The notes below the pieces were generated by a model. The model was not told the origin of the DNA and ran no database searches. It was given only the letters and a program-made list of their open reading frames with translations. Below, piece by piece: positions 8,020 through 15,510 of a stretch of DNA of 34,481 nucleotides. Both the position numbers and the translations under genes were made by a program. Every line of letters begins with the position of its first letter. The first letter of the stretch is position 1. This DNA comes from a bacterium (GTDB taxonomy: Bacteria > Zhuqueibacterota > Zhuqueibacteria > Zhuqueibacterales > Zhuqueibacteraceae), in the NCBI GenBank assembly GCA_050732275.1, contig JBOHQZ010000001.1:1-34481 (forward strand), given 5' to 3'.

Positions 8020-10647
8020 TTATCGAGAATTTTCGAGCATCATCAATTTGTTCGTCGCCTGTTGTCGTGAAAAGACAACGGTGGTCATGTCCGGTGAAAT
8101 TGTATACTGCATGAAGTTTCCGTAAGGCAGCTCAAGAAATTTTTCCGGCCCGATGCCCAATTTTGAGACCTTGAGCAGTTTTGCAAATCTCTCCTTATTG
8201 GCCATCTGCAAATACGTTATCGCCTTTCCGTCAGGTGTTTCGCGCAGCCAATAAAATAGCTCTCCTGGAGGCCGTTTGAAGAATAGTTTGGCCTGACCAT
8301 CTTTCACGGGCATGATCCACAAGCCTATCGAATCGGCGTAAATGATACTTTGGGAATCGTGAGAAAAGATAGGGGGCGTTTCCCAAACTTCGATTTGTTT
8401 GATGGGCTGATTTTGCGCCAGCGCCTTAAGATCAACCATGAGCTTTTTTCGCGTTTTCCGATCCGGCGGTAAATACAACAAATATTTGCCATCCGGCGAC
8501 CAATCCAAAAGGATTCCCGCCTCCATTTTGTGTGCTTGGCCGGTCGCAAGCTCCCGCACCATAATGCTTTCGTCAAAGTGAACCGAATCGGTTTTCCCGG
8601 CTATCGTATCGCGCTTAACAACCGTATAGGCAATGGCCCGCCCATCCCCGGACCAGCGATAATTGTAATGCCCCTCCTCCCTTTCATGCGTCACTTGTAG
8701 CGGCTCACTTCCATCCTTGTTGCAAATGATTGCCTGTCTGCTCCCGGCGCCCTCAAGGGGATTGTCTCGCAAATATAAAATTCTATTGCCATCCGGAGAA
8801 AACGACGGTTCATAAAGGCGCCCCTCCTCATAAGTCAACTGCTTGAGCGTTTTGGTTTCGAGATTTGCCGCCCACAGGTTAATCGTTTGCGACTCATCCA
8901 AATAGACTAATCGTTTAGCATCATGGGAAACGCGCGCGAAACGATGCCATCCCGATCCGAGGGTCAAACGTTGGGGTTTTCCCCCTTTTGCCGGCATCGT
9001 CCATAAATTATAATTTCCGCCCCGGGTGGAATTAAAGATGATTTGGCCATTCGGTGACCAACAAAAATCCTCGATCATCTTTTGGTCAAATGTCAATTGC
9101 CGTTCATTGTTCCCGGCGGCATCGCAAACGAAGATTTCCGTGTAACCTTTGTTGGACGACAAAAAGCTCCGCAGAAAGGCAATCTTTCTTGAATCAGGCG
9201 ACCACGTGAGATTATACGCATGGATAGGCGCGACTACGTCCGTAATTTTCTTCTCCTCTTTTCCTTCGGCATTAGCTAACCAAAGGGTCAAGCTTTTGCC
9301 GGTATAACGAAAGAACCCGATGGATTTTCCATCGGTGGGCATGGCAGGAAGCTGACCGTGGCCAATTAGTTTCCTTGGCGTTCCACCCAGAGCGGGAACT
9401 GAATATATATCATACGGGCAACATATACCGGGATTCATCATCGGGCTTTGTGCATAGATAATGTCTTTTGCATCCGGAGAAAAACACAGGGAAGATTTGG
9501 TATTCAATGTCGTTTCATTGGTAACTCTTTTCGGTTCCCCTCCGCCAGTGTGCATTATATATATGTTCGAAATGCCCTTCACATCGGTCGCGACATAGGC
9601 AACCCAATTGCCGTCACCGGAAATTGCCGGATCTTTCACTTCCCAGCTTGGCGTTTTCAATGTCCGCACCATCGCCTGGCTCCAGAGTGCTAAGCTTGAT
9701 GATTGCAACATATACCCGCCAATCGCCAGAGCGACAAGCACAACGACCGCTGTCGCCGCGATGAAAGCTCGCCTGCTCGTCTTCATTTCAGCGAACCGCT
9801 GCATACCGACTCGGGCTAAAATTTCCTTCAACTCCAAGTCTTTCTTCAGCCGTTTGAGATCGACCATCATTTCATCGACATGCTGGTAGCGTTCGTCCCG
9901 TTTTTTCTCCATCGCCTTGCTCACAATCCGTTCAAAAGCCTCGGACAGATCGGCTCTTGTTTGCTTCATCGGCGGCGCCGGCACGTTGACAAGCTCGTAC
10001 AGCAGCGCAGCCTCATGCACGCCTTTGAAGGGAAGCTCGCCTGTCGCCATTTCATAGAGCACGATGCCGAAAGAAAAAATATCCGACCGATGGTCCACCT
10101 CCATGCCTTGCGCCTGCTCCGGCGACATGTAGGCTAAAGTTCCGACAGTGCTGCCTGTTCTCGTGACGCGCACAACGTTTTTCAGCTTCGCCAAGCCAAA
10201 ATCGGTGATCTTAATTTGTCCTTCGCCGGTGAACATCAAGTTCTCGGTCTTGAGGTCACGATGGACGACGTCCTTCTTATGGGCGTGGGCGAGTCCCGCC
10301 GCAATCTGAATGGCGTACTCGAGCACTTCTTTGAGGTCGAGACGTTGCCCGTGCAATTTCGCGCGCAACGTGCCGCCTTCGATATACTCCAACACAATGA
10401 ATTTGTCCTCGCCCATTTCTTCCACATCGTGAATGGTGGCAATGTGAGGATGATTGAGCGCAGAGATGGCTTGCGCTTCATGAAAAAAACGGGTTTTTTC
10501 TTCGGAGTTCTCGGTGATGGAAAAAGGAAGAAATTTGAGCGCTACGTGGCGATTCAGCTTGGTGTCGAGCGCCTTGTACACAACGCCCATTCCGCCTTCC
10601 CCGAGCTTTTCGAGAATTTTATAATGTGAAATCGTCTTGTCGATCAT
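8020..10647 (-). CDS. Ser/Thr protein kinase with a TM segment and a C-terminal TolB-like (PD40/WD40-like) beta-propeller
   Basis: 875-aa ORF. Hanks kinase motifs: GEGGMGVVYKA, VALKFL, HRDLKTENLM, DFGLAK, YMSPEQ. A TM helix follows (AFIATAVVVLVALAIGGYML). Then come repeated (S/F)PDG..I.Y/F blades. Confidence 0.9.
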   Translation of the reverse strand: MIDKTISHYKILEKLGEGGMGVVYKALDTKLNRHVALKFLPFSITENSEEKTRFFHEAQAISALNHPHIATIHDVEEMGEDKFIVLEYIEGGTLRAKLHGQRLDLKEVLEYAIQIAAGLAHAHKKDVVHRDLKTENLMFTGEGQIKITDFGLAKLKNVVRVTRTGSTVGTLAYMSPEQAQGMEVDHRSDIFSFGIVLYEMATGELPFKGVHEAALLYELVNVPAPPMKQTRADLSEAFERIVSKAMEKKRDERYQHVDEMMVDLKRLKKDLELKEILARVGMQRFAEMKTSRRAFIAATAVVVLVALAIGGYMLQSSSLALWSQAMVRTLKTPSWEVKDPAISGDGNWVAYVATDVKGISNIYIMHTGGGEPKRVTNETTLNTKSSLCFSPDAKDIIYAQSPMMNPGICCPYDIYSVPALGGTPRKLIGHGQLPAMPTDGKSIGFFRYTGKSLTLWLANAEGKEEKKITDVVAPIHAYNLTWSPDSRKIAFLRSFLSSNKGYTEIFVCDAAGNNERQLTFDQKMIEDFCWSPNGQIIFNSTRGGNYNLWTMPAKGGKPQRLTLGSGWHRFARVSHDAKRLVYLDESQTINLWAANLETKTLKQLTYEEGRLYEPSFSPDGNRILYLRDNPLEGAGSRQAIICNKDGSEPLQVTHEREEGHYNYRWSGDGRAIAYTVVKRDTIAGKTDSVHFDESIMVRELATGQAHKMEAGILLDWSPDGKYLLYLPPDRKTRKKLMVDLKALAQNQPIKQIEVWETPPIFSHDSQSIIYADSIGLWIMPVKDGQAKLFFKRPPGELFYWLRETPDGKAITYLQMANKERFAKLLKVSKLGIGPEKFLELPYGNFMQYTISPDMTTVVFSRQQATNKLMMLENSR

Positions 10648-10826
10648 GGCTTACCTCGCTTGCATTTTTACTGACGTCGAAGAAAAAGTATGTTTCGCCC
10701 AAACCGTGGCAGGGTTTCAGATTGCAACGATTTGCCCGTCGAGCATGGGCGCTTCACGAACTTCCCCTAATTAATAAGACAGTGCCAAGGGGCATTTTCT
10801 CACACAATTTATTTGAAAAATTGCAG

Positions 10827-12083
10827 CTAAAACAAATCCGGTATACTCGTAAACGCAATGCGCGTCGGCGCGGTGTGCTTCACCTCGTGAATGCCGCCAA
10901 AATAAACTTTGTCCGTGCCAAACTTGGCGTTGATGGCATCCATCGCTTGCATGAGTTTCGTGCGTTTGGGATCTTCAAAAAGCGAGAGGTTGTGCAGGTG
11001 CGCCGGCACCAGATCGAAAAGCGTGGCGCCGACGGCGAGGGGTTTCCCAGCCGGATGTTGTTGCCATAGCATCTGCAGCGCTTCGAGCATCGTCAGCGTG
11101 TCCTGGCATTCGACCATGCCGGTTTGAACTGACCAGCTTTGATCGCGCACGAACCGGAGCGAGAGCCGCAAGCCGCCGGCAAAGTAGCTCATTTTCCGCA
11201 AGCGCATCGCCGCTTTTTGCACCAGCTTTTGCGCGACAGCATACGCGCCTTCCTCGGTGCGGAGATCGGGGGGCAACACGTGCGAATGGCCGACCGTCCC
11301 TCTTTGTGTTGCCGGCTCCACAATATCATCGCCGCGCAGCCAATGCCAAAATCTTTCGCCGACGATGCCGCTCCAAATTTTTTTGAGATGCGGCTTGGGC
11401 AGAGCGCAGAGCTGCTCCATGGTGCGAATGCCATACACTTGCAGGCGTTGGTGCATACGCCCGCCGATCCCCGGCAGATCATTTAATTTGAGCGAATAAA
11501 GAATCTGCGGCAAGTCCGCGGGCCGAATCACCACCAAACCATCGGGTTTTTGCATATCGCTCGCCACCTTTGCCAAAAAACGATTCGGTGCGAGGCCGAC
11601 GGAGCAGCACAGCGTGCGCCCGACTTTTTCCCGGATCGCGTGCTTGATATTTTTCGCAATGGCCGTGGCTTTCTCAACCGCCTGCTCGCTGCCGATCAAG
11701 CGGCAGGCCATCTCGTCAATCGACATCACCACCGCCACCGCCAGGCAGGATTCCACTGCTTGCACGATGGCGTGATGGTATTCGACATACAACTTGTGCC
11801 GCGCTTCGATCAACCGGATTTCCGGGCAAAGCTTGCGCGCCTCGGACACGAGCGTGCCGGTTTTCACGCCAAAGGCTTTGGCCTCATAGCTGGCGGCAAT
11901 GCAGCAGGTCGCATCAGTCATCACCGGCACCACCGCCACCGGCCTGCCGCGCAATTCGGGGCGCAGCTCCTGCTCGATCGAAGCGAAATAGGAATTGAGA
12001 TCGAGAAAGAGCCAGCGCAGCGGCTTGTCATTATCTTCGAGTTGCTGGTTCATGTTGTGGAAATCGAGCACAATTTTTCTCAA
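10827..12083 (-). CDS. Y-family DNA polymerase (UmuC/DinB-like translesion polymerase)
   Basis: 418-aa ORF. The N-terminal FLDLNSYFASIEQ matches the D-x-N-x-F-Y/F-A-S motif as in UmuC. The catalytic SIDE motif is present (MSIDEMACRL). The TTG start at 12083 is preceded by AAGGAA. The first ATG is at 12053. Confidence 0.85.
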   Translation of the reverse strand: MRKIVLDFHNMNQQLEDNDKPLRWLFLDLNSYFASIEQELRPELRGRPVAVVPVMTDATCCIAASYEAKAFGVKTGTLVSEARKLCPEIRLIEARHKLYVEYHHAIVQAVESCLAVAVVMSIDEMACRLIGSEQAVEKATAIAKNIKHAIREKVGRTLCCSVGLAPNRFLAKVASDMQKPDGLVVIRPADLPQILYSLKLNDLPGIGGRMHQRLQVYGIRTMEQLCALPKPHLKKIWSGIVGERFWHWLRGDDIVEPATQRGTVGHSHVLPPDLRTEEGAYAVAQKLVQKAAMRLRKMSYFAGGLRLSLRFVRDQSWSVQTGMVECQDTLTMLEALQMLWQQHPAGKPLAVGATLFDLVPAHLHNLSLFEDPKRTKLMQAMDAINAKFGTDKVYFGGIHEVKHTAPTRIAFTSIPDLF

Positions 12084-12128
12084 ATTCTTTCCTTGAATTT
12101 ATAGACTATTCGTCATATATTAACGTAC

Positions 12129-12488
12129 ATGAGCTATTCAATCATCTATTATGAGACAGTAGATGGCGATTGCCCGGTGCGAAAGTTCATTGAGGAATTT
12201 GATCTTATTCGAGAAAGGCCGGCTATTTATGCACGCCTGGCGTTGCTCGAAGAACATGGACCTCAGCTTAAAAGGCCTTATGTAGATTTTCTTCGTGACA
12301 AAATTTATGAGCTGCGTTTCAAGATTTCAAAAAAACAAGTTCGAATACTTTACTTTTTCACCCGTGGGAACACTATTATTCTGACCCATGGTTTTGTCAA
12401 AAAGACAACGAAGGTTCCCGAAAATGAAATTGAACGCGCTATTCGCTATCGGCGCGATTATCTGGATAGACATGGAGAAAAACCATGA
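12129..12488 (+). CDS. type II toxin, RelE/ParE superfamily, HigB / phage Gp49-like
   Basis: 119 aa. The pattern IIYYETVDGDCPVRKFI...DKIYELRF...RILYFF..GNTIILTHGFVKKTTKVPENEIERA is characteristic of Gp49-like toxins. It overlaps the downstream HTH gene by 4 nt (ATGA). Confidence 0.85.
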   Translation: MSYSIIYYETVDGDCPVRKFIEEFDLIRERPAIYARLALLEEHGPQLKRPYVDFLRDKIYELRFKISKKQVRILYFFTRGNTIILTHGFVKKTTKVPENEIERAIRYRRDYLDRHGEKP

Positions 12489-12811
12489 AGACTTTTCATG
12501 ACGAGTTGAATAAAATGCTGCGAAATCCGGCCTTCAAAAAACGCTACGAAGAAGAAAAAGAGCGCCTCTTTCTCGGCTATCAAATTCGCCAAGAAAGGAA
12601 GCGGCGCAAGCTTAGTCAAAAAGATTTGGCGAAAATGACGGGCCTAACAGCACAGCAAATTTCACAAATGGAAACCGCAGAGGAAGCATTCAGCCTAGCG
12701 ATACTATTACAAGTTGCTTCCGCATTGGGATTAGCTCTCATGCTGGTTCCACAAAACCGCGTGCCCTATTTGAATCGCTCCCTACAAGCCGGAGTCGTGG
12801 CAGTTGCATAA
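12485..12811 (+). CDS. XRE-family HTH antitoxin (HigA-like)
   Basis: 108 aa. HTH_3 signature LSQKDLAKMTGLTAQQISQMET. Translationally coupled to the upstream toxin in toxin-first (HigBA) order. Confidence 0.8.
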   Translation: MKTFHDELNKMLRNPAFKKRYEEEKERLFLGYQIRQERKRRKLSQKDLAKMTGLTAQQISQMETAEEAFSLAILLQVASALGLALMLVPQNRVPYLNRSLQAGVVAVA

Positions 12812-12842
12812 AAATCGCGCACAAGATTGCCTTTCTCGTCCA

Positions 12843-13359
12843 TTACGGCAACACGATCATCTTTTTCGTCAATGCTTTATCCGCAGCTTGAAGCTGATAA
12901 AAGTAAATTCCCGGCGACAGTGTCACGTGCCATTGCACCGTATGTTTACCCGCATTAAAATTGGACCAGCTTTGCTGCCAGACCGTCTGGCCGAGCACGT
13001 TGACGACCTTCAGTCTGACGGTCACAGGTGCTTCCAAAGAGAAGATCAACTTCGTCCCTTCCCCCGAAGAGACTGACCACGGATTAGGAGAATTTTGCTG
13101 CAATTCAAACGTCGCCGGAACCTGCTTGGCTTGCTCGACCGCAGTAACCGAGTCCGGCGGAAAAAGAAAGCTCAGAGCATCATCAATGTGCGCGCGCCAA
13201 TTGCCCCAACTATGTCCCTCGTGAAATTCCGCTTTATCCGCCGGGTTCGGCAAACGATTGACTCGTGCAAGGAAATCTTTGAATGGCGTTTGCCCGAAAC
13301 CGGAGGTTGAAAGCAAAACTGTGAATAAGCAGCCAAAAGCTAAAAATGGGTTGTTTCAT
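12843..13359 (-). pseudogene. remnant of a secreted esterase-like T9SS cargo gene (frameshifted signal peptide, internal deletion, intact T9SS C-terminal sorting domain)
   Basis: The open frame 12843-13316 ends in a T9SS CTD (NSPNPWS...VRLKVVNVLGQTV...GIYFYQLQA...KKMIVLP). It contains only about 65 aa upstream of the CTD, including an esterase-tail-like FHEGHSWGNWRAHIDDALSFLF. The hydrophobic signal-peptide core (PFLAFGCLFTVLLSTSGFGQ) is in this frame. The only ATG (MKQ, at 13359) is one base out of frame. Confidence 0.55.
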
Positions 13360-13411
13360 ATTTTGTGTTTTCATTTTTTAAATATGTCTTTGTACACAAC
13401 GCCGCCCTTCA

Positions 13412-14509
13412 TCACCCATGGAATATTTTCCAAAAATCTGCCGCATTCATGCCGTGCGGAAAAACCCCGGCATCCGTGCCATAAGCGATTTTCACGCCGG
13501 CTTGGACGGCTTTGCGATAGCCCTCGCGCTTTCTGGCATTGATCATTCGCGCTTTCTCGAGCAGTTTTTCCGGCAGGTTCCACTGCTTGCCAAACTTCTC
13601 AACGGAATCACCGACGTAAACCGTGGGCACTAGATACGTTCCGTATTTTTTCATCAACGCGACACCCTCGTCGTCGAGCAAGCTGCCGTGCTCGATCGAG
13701 CTGACACCGGCCTGGATCGCCATCTTGATGCCTTCGGCACCGTGCGCGTGGGCCGCGACTTTCTTTCCCCAGCGCGTGGCTTCTTCCACAATCGCCTTCA
13801 TCTCTTCAAAAGAAAATTGCGGCGCGCCCACCGACTCTTCCTCACTCAACACGCCGGCAGTGGCGGTAAATTTGATTACGTCAGCGCCGTATTTAATGTT
13901 CCACCGAATCTTCTTGCGGATTTCATCCACCCCGTCAACCACGCCGTCGAAGCCATCGAAATGCAAATACGGTGAAAATCCGGAAAGATCACCGTGTCCG
14001 CCAGTGACGGAGAGCCCGTGGCCAGCGACAAATAAGCGGGGGCCGGGAATCTTGCCTGCATTGATCGCCTTCTTCAGCGCCACGTCAATAAACTCGCCGG
14101 AGCCGACATCACGACATGCCGTGAAGCCAGCCTCCAAGGTTCGCTTCGCGTAAAGATGCGCCGTCACTGCCACATCGATTGGCGACTTGCGAAAAGTATC
14201 GTCGAGATAGTTTTCAATTTGCGCCGTGATATGCGTATGGCAATCGATAAATCCGGGCAGCACGGTGGCCTCGGCCAAATCGATGATGGTGGCGTTGGCC
14301 GGAATCGTTACACCCCCTTCTGCACCTACGGTTTTAATCTTCTCGCCTTCGACGAGTATCACCTGCCGCTCGAGAATTTTGCCGTTGGCGACATCGACCA
14401 AACGCCCGGCTTTGATTGCCACGACATTGGCCTTGCCTTCCGGCTGATTTTGCGCCAAAACCGACAGCGCCCACAATAAAATGCAACTACTGATGACAAA
14501 ACGTTTCAT
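13412..14509 (-). CDS. periplasmic metal-dependent amidohydrolase (COG1228-like), C-terminally truncated by an out-of-frame deletion. Possible pseudogene
   Basis: 365-aa ORF. GAGGAGG RBS and signal peptide present. Motifs: HxH (DCHTHI), AHAHG, IEHG, GTDAG. It stops at ...GMNAADFWKIFHG*. The conserved C-terminal strand ENIPWVMKGGVVYKD is encoded in another frame at 13371-13430. Confidence 0.75.
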   Translation of the reverse strand: MKRFVISSCILLWALSVLAQNQPEGKANVVAIKAGRLVDVANGKILERQVILVEGEKIKTVGAEGGVTIPANATIIDLAEATVLPGFIDCHTHITAQIENYLDDTFRKSPIDVAVTAHLYAKRTLEAGFTACRDVGSGEFIDVALKKAINAGKIPGPRLFVAGHGLSVTGGHGDLSGFSPYLHFDGFDGVVDGVDEIRKKIRWNIKYGADVIKFTATAGVLSEEESVGAPQFSFEEMKAIVEEATRWGKKVAAHAHGAEGIKMAIQAGVSSIEHGSLLDDEGVALMKKYGTYLVPTVYVGDSVEKFGKQWNLPEKLLEKARMINARKREGYRKAVQAGVKIAYGTDAGVFPHGMNAADFWKIFHG

Positions 14510-14685
14510 GGCTCCTCCTCAGTGGAAATTTAACCGTTTAGCACCCTCTTAGTTTTTCATACCGTAGTCTGTCATTCTGCCAGAAATCTTTTTTCTCTTA
14601 CAGTACAAATTTTTAATATGCTGCTTAGATACAAAAAGTGCAAGAGAAATTTGTTCCAAACTGTAATGGGTCAGTTACAGGTGGG

Positions 14686-14732
14686 TAGCGCAGACATCTT
14701 GTCTGCAGTCTGGAAGACTGCGCTACGTTTTT
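14686..14732 (+). terminator. orphan hairpin plus T-run (GTAGCGCAG...CTGCGCTAC GTTTTT) with alternative internal hairpins
   Basis: The outer 9-bp stem pairs 14686-14694 with 14718-14726. Mutually exclusive inner hairpins are GCAGACA-tct-TGTCTGC and AGTCT-gga-AGACT. TTTTT follows at 14728-14732. No annotated plus-strand gene lies upstream. Confidence 0.4.
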
Positions 14733-14769
14733 CCACCAATAAGTGAGGCATTACTCCAAACTTTCCCTC

Positions 14770-14798
14770 TTGACACTTTGCCATTTTTTTCGTAGAAA
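14770..14798 (+). promoter_or_regulatory. candidate sigma70-type promoter for the SRPBCC gene
   Basis: TTGACA (14770-14775), a 17-nt spacer, then TAGAAA (14793-14798), about 37 nt upstream of the ATG at 14835. Confidence 0.35.
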
Positions 14799-14834
14799 AA
14801 AGAAAAGGCGATTCACCAACTGAAAAACACTTGT

Positions 14835-15302
14835 ATGATCCTTGAAACCCTCCACGAGATTCAACTCCTCCCCGTTTCCATTCACGAAGCCTGGCGTTTC
14901 TTTTCCGACCCGCAAAACTTGTGTGACCTCACGCCGCCGTCGTTGAATTTCGAGGTGATGTCGGCGCTTCCCGAAAAGATGTATCCGGGCATGATCATCA
15001 CCTATCGCCTCACGCCGTTGCTCAATATTTCCCGGCAATGGATCACCGAGATCACCCATGTCGTCGCGCCGCACCTGTTCGTGGACGAGCAGCGTTTCGG
15101 CCCCTATCGCTTTTGGCATCACCAACACTTATTCCGCGAGCTCGAGGGCGGCGTCGAAATGCAGGATCTCGTGCATTACGCACTGCCCTACGGAGTGCTC
15201 GGCAGATTGGCAGCAGCACACCTGGTTCGCCAGGAGCTTCGCCATATCTTCGCCTTTCGCCGCGAGGTTCTCGCTAAAAGATTTGGGACGCTGGCACGAT
15301 GA
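14835..15302 (+). CDS. SRPBCC (START/cyclase-dehydrase-like) ligand-binding domain protein
   Basis: 155 aa. The pattern HEAWRFFSDPQNLCDLTPP...MYPGMIITYRL...FVDEQRFGPYRFWHHQHLF is typical of the COG4276/SRPBCC family. Confidence 0.75.
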   Translation: MILETLHEIQLLPVSIHEAWRFFSDPQNLCDLTPPSLNFEVMSALPEKMYPGMIITYRLTPLLNISRQWITEITHVVAPHLFVDEQRFGPYRFWHHQHLFRELEGGVEMQDLVHYALPYGVLGRLAAAHLVRQELRHIFAFRREVLAKRFGTLAR

Positions 15303-15420
15303 CAAATGAATCCTAGAACCTGCTTGACTTGTTGTCTTACGTTGATTATCTTTTGCTTCGTCATGACGGTTCCTTCTGCCAACAATAAAACGACTTGAAG
15401 CTAAAAGTTTTTTAAAATGG

Positions 15421-15487
15421 TTTTCCCAACGAATTGAAAAACCCAACTGAAAACCAATCCGTTGGGTTCATCTATCCGTTGGCAATT
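15421..15487 (+). repeat. degenerate copy of the CCAACGGAT/ATCCGTTGG palindromic repeat family
   Basis: ATCCGTTGG occurs at 15457-15465 and 15474-15482. CCCAAC...GTTGGG and GAATTG...CAATTC pairings flank them. A degenerate CCAACGAATTGAAAAA resembles CCAACGGATGAAAAGG at 3121. Confidence 0.5.
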
Positions 15488-15510
15488 CAAATAAAAAGGA
15501 TTCACACTTC

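Noticed and set aside
10648-10826. Possible regulatory hairpins between the polymerase and kinase genes
   Set aside because: Only 5-bp stems are present (CCCCT/AGGGG, AAACC/GGTTT), with no T-runs. This is indistinguishable from chance.
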